Shown in pieces: positions 1 through 9,721 of a stretch of DNA of 64,000 nucleotides (its first letter is position 1; each line of letters starts with the position of its first letter). Position numbers and translations under genes: made by a program. Source of the DNA: Phycisphaerales bacterium (lineage in GTDB: Bacteria > Planctomycetota > Phycisphaerae > Phycisphaerales > UBA1924); contig JAJDDC010000048.1 in the NCBI GenBank assembly GCA_029260515.1, forward strand, positions 31,671 through 95,670. Direction: 5' to 3'. Under the pieces are notes generated by a model. That model ran no database searches. It worked only from the letters and a program-made list of their open reading frames with translations, and was not told the origin of the DNA.

Positions 1-306
1 GTACGCCGCGGCGAAGAACTCGAGGTACTCGGTGACCACCATGTCCTCGTACGCGCCCATGAAATCGGGCACGTACCCGATCAGCGGGCGGATCTGGCGG
101 TTCTGGTACCCGATCGTGAGCCCGCCGATCTGGGCCTGGCCGCTCGAGGGCTTGAGCAGCGTCGCCAGGATCTTGATTGTGGTCGTCTTGCCGGCGCCGT
201 TGGGGCCGATGAACCCGTAGCAGTCCCCCTCCTCGATCGAGAGATTCAGCGAGTCGAGCGCGATCAGCTCGCCGTAGCGTTTGGTCAGGTTGACAGTCTC
301 GATCAT
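1..306 (-). CDS. ABC transporter ATP-binding protein, N-terminal 102 codons (gene continues beyond window start)
   Basis: Absent from the ORF track because it has no stop in the window. Manual reverse-strand translation from ATG (306-304) gives MIETVNLTKRYGELIALDSLNLSIEEGDCYGFIGPNGAGKTTTIKILATLLKPSSG..., containing Walker A GPNGAGKTT. It lies 37 nt downstream of the 344..2776 gene on the same strand. Confidence 0.85.
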   Translation of the reverse strand, partial: MIETVNLTKRYGELIALDSLNLSIEEGDCYGFIGPNGAGKTTTIKILATLLKPSSGQAQIGGLTIGYQNRQIRPLIGYVPDFMGAYEDMVVTEYLEFFAAAY

Positions 307-343
307 CGCCACGGAATCGGTTCCTGTCTCGTCGCGTCCTCGG

Positions 344-2776
344 TCACCCGTCGTCCGTGACCTCGTCCGTGGGGGTTGCATCGTCGGGCGCGGACGGCGC
401 GGCCGGGTTCGCGGGCAGAGGATAGACCCACGAGATCAGCGTCCGCCCGCCAGAGACCGGCGCGGGGCGCCCGTTGACCGTCAAGGGAACCGGCCCCTCG
501 GCGCCACGCGGGTTCTCGACCCAGCCGAGCAGGATCACGCACGGGCGTGTGAACCACTGCCCGAGGTCGAGCCCGTGCGTCTCGGACCGGCGCGCCAGGC
601 GATCGCCCGCCCCGCTCTGCTCGAAGTTGGGCGCGAGGAGCATCGGGAACAGTTCCAGGCCGTAGTACCGCGTCATCGCGCTGCCCGAATCAGCGCGCCC
701 AAAATCGCTGATGATCGGCTTGCCCGCGCGGAGCAGGATCTCCGCGTACTTGTCGAACGCCGCGTCGCTCAGTGTGCCCGCTCTCGAGACGTCCTCGTAC
801 AGGTTGAGCCTCCGCCCGGGCGCCCAGGGGTCTTTCCATTTGAACGAGTACGACAAGAACGGGGCGCTGGGCCCCATCCTCCCACTCACGATCCTGGGGC
901 GTTGGACCACGACCACCACCAGATCCTGCACGTCCGCGGGCAGGTCGTGCTCGAGCAGGCCATGCACACGTCCGCCCTCGTCGATCCACAGCCGCGCATC
1001 GCCGACCTCGCCGGCCGCCGCGACCGGGACGGGCATCGACCACCGCGCCTCGCCCACCCAGTCCGCCCGGACTTGCTTCACGGTCGAGCGCGTCGGCACG
1101 CGCATCGAATCGGGCCGCCGCCCGTCCACGCGGTACTCGCGGTTGTCGGGGAACGATGACGCCTTGAATACCTCTGTCACGGGCGGGGACCACGGGCTGA
1201 TGAGCGCAACACGCCACGACGAGGCGGTGTCGTTCCCGCTCCCGACGCCGATCGTGCCCTCGCCGTAGCTGGGCAGGAGCACGCTCGCCCACGTCCGCGC
1301 CCGCTGCAGGCTCTGGCCGTGCACCTGGTGGAGAAACGTGAGCTGAACCGCCTCGACGCGGCGTGGCCTGATCGCGGTCGCCCCCGTCCACGCGATCGCG
1401 GTGAAGACCCCCACTGCCGCGACGAACGCGACCCATGCGTGGCGTTTCTGCTTGAGCTTGCTCAGCGCCGCGAACCCGCCCGGGCCCGCGATAACCCAGT
1501 AGAGCGCGAAGACCACGATCCCGAGCAGCACGCCGACGTACGCCCGACCGGATTTGGCGATCTCGCCCGGGATATCCGTGTCAAACGAGAGCGGGGTCCG
1601 CTGAGAGCCCTGGGCCTTGCGCCACACCTGCGAGGTCTCGTCCAGGTCTACGCGCCGTCCGAGCACCCGATTCCAGAACTGGTCGGCCTCGGGCAGGCTG
1701 ATCGCCGACAGCTTCGGGTCAGCCAGGTCGAGGCCGACAAGCGTGACGGCCCCGCCCGCGTGTGTCCGGCTCACGACGACGGCCCGCCCATCGGGTGACG
1801 CGATGATCGGCGTCGCGTCCGAGGGCGCGGCGTCGGGGTTGGGATCCAAGAAGCGCACGCTCGCGTCGGTGGGCAGCACGATGTCCGCCCGCTTGGTCAG
1901 AAGATATCGGTACGGGTCCAGGTCCACGCCGCCCGCCTGCTCGCCGGGCAGCGCGTCGGGCAGCAGGTCGAACAACGGGTTCGACCGCGCCAGCCACTCC
2001 TGCCCGACCGAAGGCAGGACGACGACGAGGCGCCCGCCCCACTCGATCCATCCGCGCAGCGCCCGCGTCTGCTCGGGCGAGAGGCGCAGCGGGTCCGGGC
2101 TCCGCGCCCCGCCCCAGACGAGCACGTCGAACTGCATCAGCCCCTGCGGGCGGTCCGGGATGTCGGCAAGGTCCATGCCGACCACCCGCGAGAGTTCGTG
2201 CCCGGTGATGTGGTTGTCGCCGATCGAGCCGCGGCGTGAGAGGTCGTACCCACGCAGCCCGAACGTGGACTGCCCGAGCACGCCGATCATGCCCTGGCTC
2301 TTGTCGAGCACGCCCGAAGTCGTCGCCCCGAGCCTCGCCAGCGGGCGATTCCCGGGCTCGAACGCCAGGGCGCCCTCTCGGTCGCGGTCCTCGCCGCTCT
2401 TGGGCCAGGCGCTGATCGTGATCGGCGTCCCCTGGTCGAACTCCCACCCGAGGCGTGTGTAGAGCCAGAACGACTGGGCCGAGCCCGGGTTGGACGTGAT
2501 CGCTCGGTCGTACACCGGGCGGTCGCCATCGGGGTCCTCGCCCTCGATCCGGAGAATTAGGTCCCGCTGCTCGAGCCCGCGGTCGGCGACCTCGACGAGC
2601 ACGCCGACCCACTCGCCCTGGCGGCAGACCCCGCCGGGCCCAAACCGCGCGACACGTAGCTCGAGATCGCCCCCGACACCGCCCGCGTCGGTCTGGGCTT
2701 GGGCCGGGAGCGCCGCCCACACAGCCACCAGCGTCCCCAGCGCGGCCAGCAGCGAACTCGTCCAGGGTCGTCGCAT
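344..2776 (-). CDS. large secreted/membrane protein of unknown function (810 aa), first gene of an apparent operon with the ABC ATPase
   Basis: ORF 344..2827. The preferred start is ATG 2776 (MRRPWTSSLLAALGTLVAVWAALPAQAQ, signal-peptide-like). Internal hydrophobic helices include YVGVLLGIVVFALYWVIAGPGGF and AWVAFVAAVGVFTAIAWTGATAI. No catalytic motif was recognised. Confidence 0.7.
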   Translation of the reverse strand: MRRPWTSSLLAALGTLVAVWAALPAQAQTDAGGVGGDLELRVARFGPGGVCRQGEWVGVLVEVADRGLEQRDLILRIEGEDPDGDRPVYDRAITSNPGSAQSFWLYTRLGWEFDQGTPITISAWPKSGEDRDREGALAFEPGNRPLARLGATTSGVLDKSQGMIGVLGQSTFGLRGYDLSRRGSIGDNHITGHELSRVVGMDLADIPDRPQGLMQFDVLVWGGARSPDPLRLSPEQTRALRGWIEWGGRLVVVLPSVGQEWLARSNPLFDLLPDALPGEQAGGVDLDPYRYLLTKRADIVLPTDASVRFLDPNPDAAPSDATPIIASPDGRAVVVSRTHAGGAVTLVGLDLADPKLSAISLPEADQFWNRVLGRRVDLDETSQVWRKAQGSQRTPLSFDTDIPGEIAKSGRAYVGVLLGIVVFALYWVIAGPGGFAALSKLKQKRHAWVAFVAAVGVFTAIAWTGATAIRPRRVEAVQLTFLHQVHGQSLQRARTWASVLLPSYGEGTIGVGSGNDTASSWRVALISPWSPPVTEVFKASSFPDNREYRVDGRRPDSMRVPTRSTVKQVRADWVGEARWSMPVPVAAAGEVGDARLWIDEGGRVHGLLEHDLPADVQDLVVVVVQRPRIVSGRMGPSAPFLSYSFKWKDPWAPGRRLNLYEDVSRAGTLSDAAFDKYAEILLRAGKPIISDFGRADSGSAMTRYYGLELFPMLLAPNFEQSGAGDRLARRSETHGLDLGQWFTRPCVILLGWVENPRGAEGPVPLTVNGRPAPVSGGRTLISWVYPLPANPAAPSAPDDATPTDEVTDDG

Positions 2777-2897
2777 CGTGCGTCGGATCTCTCGGGTGTG
2801 TGAACGGGCGCGGCCTGGCCCGCCCACCGTCCAGGCGCCTCACGCCAGGAGTCTAGGTTCGATCAAGGCGCCCCGCCCCCGGGCCGATTGGGTCGCA

Positions 2898-3107
2898 ATG
2901 AGCGAGCTGCCGTCGGTCGCGTGGGTCTTGATAACACTCGTCGGCGGCGCCTGCGTCCTGGGCATGCTCCGCGCCGTGGCGGCGGCGGTCAGCGAGCAAG
3001 CCGCGGCCCACGAACTGGCGATCCGCGTGGCGCAGCTTCGGATCGAACGTCTCGCCCAGCTCCGCGAGTACGAACGCCAGCGTGTCGAGCACCGCGACGC
3101 CTTCTAG
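2898..3107 (+). CDS. small hypothetical membrane protein (69 aa)
   Basis: In-frame ATG at 2898 inside ORF 2490..3107. The product is MSELPSVAWVLITLVGGACVLGMLRAV... (one TM helix) followed by a charged helix. There is no clear RBS and no homology was recognised. Confidence 0.3.
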   Translation: MSELPSVAWVLITLVGGACVLGMLRAVAAAVSEQAAAHELAIRVAQLRIERLAQLREYERQRVEHRDAF

Positions 3108-4543
3108 TCCACACCACCCATCGCCCACAGTTGTTCGACGAGCCGGGTGTGCGCCCGAGCGCCGAGCCTGAAACAATCGAGCTCGAACTTCTCGTTGGGC
3201 GAGTGGACGCGGTCGTCTTCGAGCCCGAAGCCCATGAAGATCGTCTCGAGCCCAAGCCGCGACTTGAGGATCCCCGCGACAGGGATCGAGCCGCCGGTCT
3301 TGATCATCGCCGGGGCGACACCCGAAGCGCCCTCGAGCGCCCCCTTGGCCGCGAGCAACGCGGGCGAGTCCGTCGCGACCGTCGCGGGTGGGCCACCCGA
3401 GTGGTCGATCATCTCCCAGCGGCACCCCGTCGGCGTCCGCTCGCGCAGCCACGCGAAGAACAGCTCGGTGATATGCGCGGGGTCCTGGTCATCGACCAGG
3501 CGGAACGAGACCTTCGCCGACGCGTGCGAGGGGATGACGGTCTTGGCGCCCTTGCCGGTGTACCCGCCCACGATGCCGTTGATCTCCGCGGTCGGGCGGG
3601 CCCATTCGCGTTCGACGAACGAGAATCCAGCCTCGCCGACCGAGGCCTCGGGACCGAGACCGATGCCGGCCAGCGCCGCGGCCTCGTCGATCGCCAGCGC
3701 CCGCCACGCATCGCGTTCGCCTGGCGTCAGCTCGCGCACGCCCTCGTAGAACCCGGGGATCGTGATCCGCCGGTCGTCGTCCCAGAGCCGCGCGAGCACC
3801 TTGACCAGCTCCGAGATCGGGTTGGGCGCCTTGCCGCCCCACATCCCTGAGTGCAGGTCCTGGTCGGCGCCGTGCAGGACGATCTCGGTGTACGCCAGGC
3901 CGCGCACGCCGTAGGTGATCGCGGGCTTCCCACGCCCGAGCATGCCCGTGTCCGAGATGACGCACACGTCGCATCCCTTGAGTTCGTCGGTGTTCTGCTC
4001 GACGAAACGCTCGAGGTTGGCCGATCCGGATTCTTCCTCGCCTTCCAGCAGGACGGTGTAGCGGACGCCCCCGCCGACCTCGCCGCCGGCCTCGTTCCAG
4101 GCCCGCATCGCTTCGAGGAAGGTCATCACCTGCCCCTTGTCATCGACCGCGCCCCGCGCGACCACACGCTCGCCGGGCCCGCCCGGGACCGCGGGCTTGA
4201 TCACAGGCTCGAACGGCGGCGATTCCCACAGCTCCAGCGGGTCCGCGGGCTGCACGTCGTAGTGCCCATAAAACAAGACGTGTGGCCCCCGATACCCGGG
4301 CGAGCCCGGGCACGTTGCGAGCACCACAGGATGCCCGGCGCCCGCGGGCTCGCCCGTCTCCATCACACGAACGTCGAAGCCTGACGCGCGCAGGTGCTCG
4401 CACGCCCACTGCGCGGCCCGCCGGACGTCGTCCTTGTACGCCGGGTCGGTGCTGACGCTCGGGATACGCAGCCACTCGAGCATCCGATCGATCGAGGACC
4501 GCTCGTTGCTCTCGAGCCATGCAAGCGCTTCGTTGGATCGCAT
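3104..4543 (-). CDS. M20 family metallopeptidase (dipeptidase / ArgE-DapE-like)
   Basis: ORF 3104..4918, with start chosen at ATG 4543 (MRSNEALAWLE) and GGAGG 6 nt upstream. Motifs HYDVQP, RGAVDDKG and LLEGEEESGS are typical of M20 metal ligands. Confidence 0.85.
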   Translation of the reverse strand: MRSNEALAWLESNERSSIDRMLEWLRIPSVSTDPAYKDDVRRAAQWACEHLRASGFDVRVMETGEPAGAGHPVVLATCPGSPGYRGPHVLFYGHYDVQPADPLELWESPPFEPVIKPAVPGGPGERVVARGAVDDKGQVMTFLEAMRAWNEAGGEVGGGVRYTVLLEGEEESGSANLERFVEQNTDELKGCDVCVISDTGMLGRGKPAITYGVRGLAYTEIVLHGADQDLHSGMWGGKAPNPISELVKVLARLWDDDRRITIPGFYEGVRELTPGERDAWRALAIDEAAALAGIGLGPEASVGEAGFSFVEREWARPTAEINGIVGGYTGKGAKTVIPSHASAKVSFRLVDDQDPAHITELFFAWLRERTPTGCRWEMIDHSGGPPATVATDSPALLAAKGALEGASGVAPAMIKTGGSIPVAGILKSRLGLETIFMGFGLEDDRVHSPNEKFELDCFRLGARAHTRLVEQLWAMGGVD

Positions 4544-4637
4544 TGTCGCCTCCGTCTTCTCGCGGAGGATAGCTCGTGCGCGCGCAGAAAACCGCCACCC
4601 GTGCGGGCGGCGGTCGTGGTTGAGTTCCTCGCGACGC

Positions 4638-5180
4638 TTAGGCGCGGCGACGACGCAGACAGACTGCCCCGCCGAGGCCGAGCACCGCCAGCCCGCCCGG
4701 CGCGGGCACCTTGTTGATCGTGATGTACCCGTCGAGGATGCCGTCCACCCCGAAATCATCGAAGTCCTCGAAGATGAAGACCTCCCAGACTCCGAGTGTG
4801 TCCGAGGGGCCGTCCCAGGCGATGCTGTCTGTGCTGGTGAAGATGCCGGAGGACTCTCCCCAGCCAAAGAGCACGTCGGAGGGAATGGTGTCGCCGAGGT
4901 TCGGCTCGCCGCCGTCAAACATGATTGAGAAACCAGACGGGACGTGCGTGAGCACGATGTTGAGTTCGGCGCCCCAGGAAGCGTTTGAGCCGCCGTTGCC
5001 CGCGTCGTACATCAGGTCCCAGCTGAAGCCCAGCAGGGGCCCGGGGTCGGTTTGGAGCACGGTGAATGTGATCGGCTGGGCGGCGTCGATCGCCAGGGCG
5101 TTGAAATCGATGGTGGTCTGCGCTGCCGCGCTGCCGGCCAGGCCCGCGAGCGCCAGGGTTACTACTGTGGTCCGCATCAT
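4638..5180 (-). CDS. PEP-CTERM-type sorting-domain protein (180 aa), PAP variant
   Basis: Start is MMRTTVVTLALAGLAGSAAAQ (signal peptide) with AAGGAG upstream. The C-terminus VPAPGGLAVLGLGGAVCLRRRRA matches the PEP-CTERM layout (motif, TM helix, Arg cluster) with PAP in place of PEP. Confidence 0.8.
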   Translation of the reverse strand: MMRTTVVTLALAGLAGSAAAQTTIDFNALAIDAAQPITFTVLQTDPGPLLGFSWDLMYDAGNGGSNASWGAELNIVLTHVPSGFSIMFDGGEPNLGDTIPSDVLFGWGESSGIFTSTDSIAWDGPSDTLGVWEVFIFEDFDDFGVDGILDGYITINKVPAPGGLAVLGLGGAVCLRRRRA

Positions 5181-5668
5181 GCTCTCCTTGTGTCGTCGTC
5201 CTGCGTCTTGTCTCAGAGATTCTCGTGAACCGTGCTCGCATCGAGCGTCTGTTTGCCTGGGCACGCCGTCGGTGTGCCGTCGTCTGTCGTGAGACTCGGC
5301 GTCACACGCCCGCCACCAACGACAGCGGCGTGCGTCCGGTCTCATGCCGCGGGGGGCGCGGTTGCCACCCGGCATGGCACGCGTATCGCACCTGCCCGGA
5401 GCGTGGCCGCTGCTCCTCGACGTCTTCGGTTGTGCGCGGGCGCCTTGTCTCGTGCCCGGGCGGGATCTCTCCTCGCCCGCCGACTCTCCATGACGGCGGG
5501 CGGACACACGGCGCAGATGCGCGACCGGTGCATGTGCAACGGACACCCACTCTGCCCGGCGTGCAACGAAACCGACAGATACACCGCCTGTGCGCACCCG
5601 GCGGGTACGCCGCCCGCGATCTTCTCGGGCGACCGTCGTGGGCGTGCGTCCGGTATCCACGTGCGCGT

Positions 5669-5699
5669 AAAAAAACCGCCGCCCGGGGCCGGGCGGCGG
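5669..5699 (-). terminator. rho-independent terminator downstream of 5725..6381
   Basis: The minus strand reads CCGCCGCCCGG-CC-CCGGGCGGCGG (11-bp GC stem, plus coordinates 5676-5686 and 5689-5699) followed by TTTTTTT (5669-5675). Confidence 0.7.
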
Positions 5700-5724
5700 C
5701 AGAAGAGACAGAATCGCGTGCCGA

Positions 5725-6381
5725 TCAGGCGCGCTTGCGGCGGGCGCCGATCATGAAGCCCATGCCCAGGACGGCCAGACCCGCGGGCGCGGGGTAGTTC
5801 GTCCCGCCGGGGGTCGCCTTGAGGGCGATGTCGTCGTTATCGAACTCGAACATCACCAAGTTGCCCGAGGCGTCCGGGTCACGGTAGAAGCCGGCGGGCA
5901 GGAACGTGCCGTCGGGCCCGACCGAGTAGTCGGGGGTGATCAGCGTGCCGGCGATGTTGGCCGCGTCGCCCGCGCCGCTGTCCCACACGAAGATGGTCTC
6001 GATGACCGCTGCGCCCGCGTCGCGGAGCACCATGGTGTACGAGCTGTTCTCGATCGCGATCGCCATCGTCTGCGACGCCGTGAAGCTCAGCGTGGACTGG
6101 GCCAGGGCGTTGGCGAGGGTGAAGTACCCGCCCGCGGCGATGGACCCGGACAGGGCGTAGGGCGTGCCGCCGTCGGCGCCGCCGAACGAGCCGCCCGAGT
6201 CGCTGTCCCACAACTCGATCGACCAGCCGGTCAGATCGACCGACGAGCCGCCGGTGTTGAAGAGTTCGATGAACTCGTAGTCCGTGCCCGGGGTGGACCC
6301 GAGCACCTCGTTAACAGTGATGTCGGCGCTTGCGGCGCCGGCAATGCCCGCGACAGCGAGCAGAGCGGTCATCATGCGCAT
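5725..6381 (-). CDS. lamin-tail-domain-like secreted protein with PEP-CTERM-type tail (218 aa), PAP variant
   Basis: Start is MRMMTALLAVAGIAGAASA with GAGGAG upstream. ITVNEVLGSTPGTDYEFIELFNTGGSSVDLTGWSI resembles an LTD (lamin tail) domain. The C-terminus is YPAPAGLAVLGMGFMIGARRKRA. Confidence 0.8.
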   Translation of the reverse strand: MRMMTALLAVAGIAGAASADITVNEVLGSTPGTDYEFIELFNTGGSSVDLTGWSIELWDSDSGGSFGGADGGTPYALSGSIAAGGYFTLANALAQSTLSFTASQTMAIAIENSSYTMVLRDAGAAVIETIFVWDSGAGDAANIAGTLITPDYSVGPDGTFLPAGFYRDPDASGNLVMFEFDNDDIALKATPGGTNYPAPAGLAVLGMGFMIGARRKRA

Positions 6382-6673
6382 GTCAGGTAATCTCCTCTTT
6401 CTCTCTCTGAACTGGTTCCCGAACCGTTCTCTCCACGCGTCCTCACTGACGCGCGGCTCTCTCTCGACCCGCCCTCCCGCCGACAAACGTCGCCCGACCG
6501 TGAACGGGTCAGGAACCTGGCAGACGCCGCGCCGGTGGCCCGAACGGGACCATCCAACGTCCCTAGGCTACCGGAGAGGCCACCCGCGTACCACGGCTGT
6601 GGGCCCGATTCTGCGTCAAGGTTTGGACAAGACCCGAACGACCGCCAAATACGCCCCCGGAAAGGCCCTGAGC

Positions 6674-6874
6674 GTGCTCGTGACCGTGAACGATGCCCCG
6701 ACCGAACTCCCCGACGGGTGCTCGCTGACCGGCCTGATCTCCCATCTGGGACTCGACAGGGCCATCTGCGCCGCCGAGGTCAACCAGGCCCTCGTTCCTC
6801 GTGACCGACGCGACGAGACCGTACTCGCCGAGGGGGATCGCGTGGAGATCGTCACCCTCGTCGGCGGCGGCTGA
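6674..6874 (+). CDS. thiS: sulfur carrier protein ThiS
   Basis: 66-aa product from GTG 6674, ending ...DRVEIVTLVGGG (C-terminal Gly-Gly), immediately upstream of thiG. The start codon is uncertain (GTG 6674 or 6680). Confidence 0.75.
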   Translation: MLVTVNDAPTELPDGCSLTGLISHLGLDRAICAAEVNQALVPRDRRDETVLAEGDRVEIVTLVGGG

Positions 6875-6912
6875 TCGGCCTGGGCCCCCGCTCCGCCCTC
6901 TAGACTCAGCGC

Positions 6913-7773
6913 ATGACCACCGAGATCAAGCCAGCCAAGGCCCACGCCACGGCCGACGCGCCCCTCCGAATCGCCGGACGCGAGCTCACCTCCCGCCTCC
7001 TCGTCGGCACCGGCAAGTACACCTCCAACGACCTCATGCGCGACGCCCTCGACGCCTCGGGCGCGCAGGTCATCACCGTCGCCGTCCGGCGCGAGCGGTT
7101 GTTCAACGCCGAGGGCAAGAGCCTGCTCGACGCCATCGACCTCGACCGCTACACCATCCTGCCCAACACCGCCGGATGCTTCACCGCCGACGACGCCGTC
7201 CGCGTCGCCCGCCTCGGGCGCGAGCTGCTCGACCAGCTCGGCAACCCCGGCGCCGGCTGGGTCAAGCTCGAGGTCCTCGGCGACACCAAGACCCTCCTGC
7301 CCGACCCCGTCGGCACGCTCGAGGCGACACGCGAGCTCGTCGCCGACGGTTTCAACGTCCTCTGCTACACCTCCGACGACCCGATCAGCGCGGTCCGCAT
7401 CAAGGACGCCGGCGCCGCAGCCGTCATGCCCGCCGGCAGCCCCATCGGCTCGGGCCAGGGCGTCCTCAACCGCAACAACATCGTGCTCTGCCTGGAGCTG
7501 CTCAAGGCGGGTGACCCCGGCTACCCCGTCGTCGTGGACGCGGGCGTCGGGGCGGCGTCCGACGTCTCGATCGCGATGGAGCTCGGCGCCGACGCCGTCC
7601 TCCTCAACACCGCCATCGCCCACGCCAGGGACCCCGTCCTCATGGCCAGCGCCATGCGCCTGGCCTGCGACGCCGGGCGAGCCAGCTACCTCGCCGGGCG
7701 GATTGCCAAGAAGCTCTACGCCACCGCCAGCAGCCCGATGGAGGGCGCGATCAGCTATATCCCCGGCGAGTGA
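6913..7773 (+). CDS. thiG: thiazole synthase ThiG
   Basis: [25 protein letters not shown] (Schiff-base Lys context), [12 protein letters not shown] and VVVDAGVG match ThiG over its full length. Confidence 0.95.
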   Translation: MTTEIKPAKAHATADAPLRIAGRELTSRLLVGTGKYTSNDLMRDALDASGAQVITVAVRRERLFNAEGKSLLDAIDLDRYTILPNTAGCFTADDAVRVARLGRELLDQLGNPGAGWVKLEVLGDTKTLLPDPVGTLEATRELVADGFNVLCYTSDDPISAVRIKDAGAAAVMPAGSPIGSGQGVLNRNNIVLCLELLKAGDPGYPVVVDAGVGAASDVSIAMELGADAVLLNTAIAHARDPVLMASAMRLACDAGRASYLAGRIAKKLYATASSPMEGAISYIPGE

Positions 7774-7799
7774 CCCTCGCGAGCAAAGAGGACCATGCC

Positions 7800-8366
7800 A
7801 TGCCCGACTACTCCACCCTCCGCACCGCCGAGTTCAGCCGCGACAAGATCAAGACCTACTGGCTGATCCAGCCCACGATCATCCTCTGCATCACGATCGT
7901 CGGCATCCCGCTCGTGCCCTTCGTCCTGCTCATCACCTGGCTCGTGATCGACAAGTACCTCGACCGCCTCTCGTGCGAGCTGACCACGCGGACCGTCGAG
8001 GTCCGCAAGGGCCTGCTCAACCGCGTCGAGAGCACGGTCCCGCTCGAGAAGATCACCGACGTCCAGTACTACCAGGGCCCCATCATGCGCCTGCTCGACC
8101 TCGAGGGTTTCCGCGTCGAGACGGCAGGGCAGTCCGCCGGGAATACCGGCTATCTCGTCAACATGATCGGCATCAAGGACACCCGCGGCTTCCGCCAGGC
8201 CGTCCTCGCCCAACGCGACAAGTTGGCGTCGGGCGACGAGTCGCGCCCCCCCGCGGCGCAGTCCCCCGGCGCACCGAGCCCCGACTCCGGCGGTCAGCTC
8301 GCCGCCCTCCGCGAGATCGGCGACACACTCCGGCGCATCGAGGACAAGCTCACGCCCGGCGCCTGA
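7800..8366 (+). CDS. bacterial PH-domain (bPH_2 / YdbS-YdbT-like) membrane protein
   Basis: Start ATG 7800 with AGAGGA 8 nt upstream. The product has two TM helices (YWLIQPTIILCITIVGIPLVPFVLLITWLVI), then ELTTRTVEVRKGLLNRVESTVPLEKITDVQYYQGPIMRLLDLEGFRVETAG, the usual bPH_2 core. Confidence 0.7.
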   Translation: MPDYSTLRTAEFSRDKIKTYWLIQPTIILCITIVGIPLVPFVLLITWLVIDKYLDRLSCELTTRTVEVRKGLLNRVESTVPLEKITDVQYYQGPIMRLLDLEGFRVETAGQSAGNTGYLVNMIGIKDTRGFRQAVLAQRDKLASGDESRPPAAQSPGAPSPDSGGQLAALREIGDTLRRIEDKLTPGA

Positions 8367-8383
8367 CCCCGCGGTCGATTTGG

Positions 8384-9721
8384 TCAGATCACCGGGTTCA
8401 CGGCCGGCTCGATCTGCCCGAGCAGCGATGTCTGAACCGCGTCCAGTTCCAACCGCAGCATCCCCAGCGCCGCGTTCACCGACCACCGGCGCACAGCCTC
8501 GCGCCCGCCCCGGAACCGGAAGCAGCGCACATCGGTCGGCGCGCCCGCCGATGCCCGCGCGATCCACACCGTACCGGCCGGCTTCTCGTCCGACCCCCCG
8601 CCCGGCCCGGCGATCCCGGTAATCGCCAACGCATGCTTCGCGCCGCCCGCGGCCGATGACGCCGCCAGCCCGCCCTCCGCCATCTCCACCGCGACCTCAC
8701 GCGACACCGCCCCGACCCGATCAAGCGTCTCGGGCTTGACCCCCACCGCCGCAGACTTCATCTGGTTCGAGTAAGTGATCCACCCGCCGAGCAGGACGTC
8801 CGACGAACCAGCAACCCGCGTGATCGTCTCGCCGAGCAGCCCGCCCGTGCAGCTCTCGACGACGACCAGCTGTTCGCCGCGATCGCGGAGCTTGTCGATC
8901 ACCGCCCGGGCGAGCGCCCCGTCCGAGGCGCCATCGGCCGCGAACACGGCATCGCCGAGCTTCTCGCGGACCGCGGCCTCCGCCCCGTCGAGCGCCCCAG
9001 CCCCCGTGCCCGCCCCGCCCTCGTAGCGGATGCGGCACGTCACAACCCCGAGCGACGCCGTCGTCCCGACCAGCGGATTGCGGTCGCGGTCCATCAGCTC
9101 GCCCAAACGCGCCGCGACATCCGACTCGCCCAGCCCGAACGTATGCAGCGCCCGCGTCACGACGGCGTACCCGGCCTGCGCGCGGATCGCGGGTATGACG
9201 AACGACTCGAACATCGGCCTCATCTCGTGCGGCGGCCCGGGCAGGCAGAACACGTCGCACGCGTGCCCGCCCTCCCCGATCACGGACGCGAGCCCGGGCG
9301 CCGTCCCGTTCGGGTTCGCGAGACTGCGCGCCGAGACCGGGCGCAGCGCCTGCACGCTGTTCGTCGCGGGCATCTCGCGCCCGCGTCCGCGGAACCACGA
9401 CTGGATCTCCTCCAGGGCCGCGGGGTCCTCGACCAGCCCCTCGCCCATCGCCTCCCCCAGCGCAGCCCGCGTCAGATCGTCGGCTGTGGGTCCGAGCCCC
9501 CCGGTCGTCACGAGCACATCAGCCGCGGCGCCAAGTCGCTCGATCGCCGCGACCAGGCGCGGCGTGTCGTCGGCGACCGTCGCGTGCTCGACGACCCGGA
9601 CGCCCCGCGCCGTCAGCGCATCGGAGATCCACGCCGAGTTGGTGTCGGTCTTCTGTCCGAGGATCAGCTCGTCGCCGATCGCGAGCACCGCCGCGGTCCG
9701 ATGTGCCGGCGGGCCGGTCAA
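8384..9721 (-). CDS. cinA: CinA-family protein (MoCF-binding domain plus NMN deamidase/PncC domain)
   Basis: N-terminal IGDELILGQKTDTNSAW and TTGGLGPTADDLT; C-terminal VVVESCTGGLLG and ITGIAGPGGG. Confidence 0.9.
   Translation of the reverse strand: MTGPPAHRTAAVLAIGDELILGQKTDTNSAWISDALTARGVRVVEHATVADDTPRLVAAIERLGAAADVLVTTGGLGPTADDLTRAALGEAMGEGLVEDPAALEEIQSWFRGRGREMPATNSVQALRPVSARSLANPNGTAPGLASVIGEGGHACDVFCLPGPPHEMRPMFESFVIPAIRAQAGYAVVTRALHTFGLGESDVAARLGELMDRDRNPLVGTTASLGVVTCRIRYEGGAGTGAGALDGAEAAVREKLGDAVFAADGASDGALARAVIDKLRDRGEQLVVVESCTGGLLGETITRVAGSSDVLLGGWITYSNQMKSAAVGVKPETLDRVGAVSREVAVEMAEGGLAASSAAGGAKHALAITGIAGPGGGSDEKPAGTVWIARASAGAPTDVRCFRFRGGREAVRRWSVNAALGMLRLELDAVQTSLLGQIEPAVNPVI

Noticed and set aside
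5225-5797. ORFs 5225..5797 + and 5232..5756 + in the spacer between the two PEP-CTERM genes.
   Set aside because: They have Arg/Pro/Cys-rich composition, no RBS and no recognisable motif. They also run across the minus-strand terminator. They were treated as non-coding.
6382-6673. Looked for a TPP (THI-box) riboswitch in the ~290-nt region upstream of thiS-thiG.
   Set aside because: I could not find the conserved CUGAGA ... ACCUGA ... GGGA core or a convincing P1-P5 architecture. Only vague GAACCUGG-like fragments are present. An Rfam RF00059 scan would settle it.
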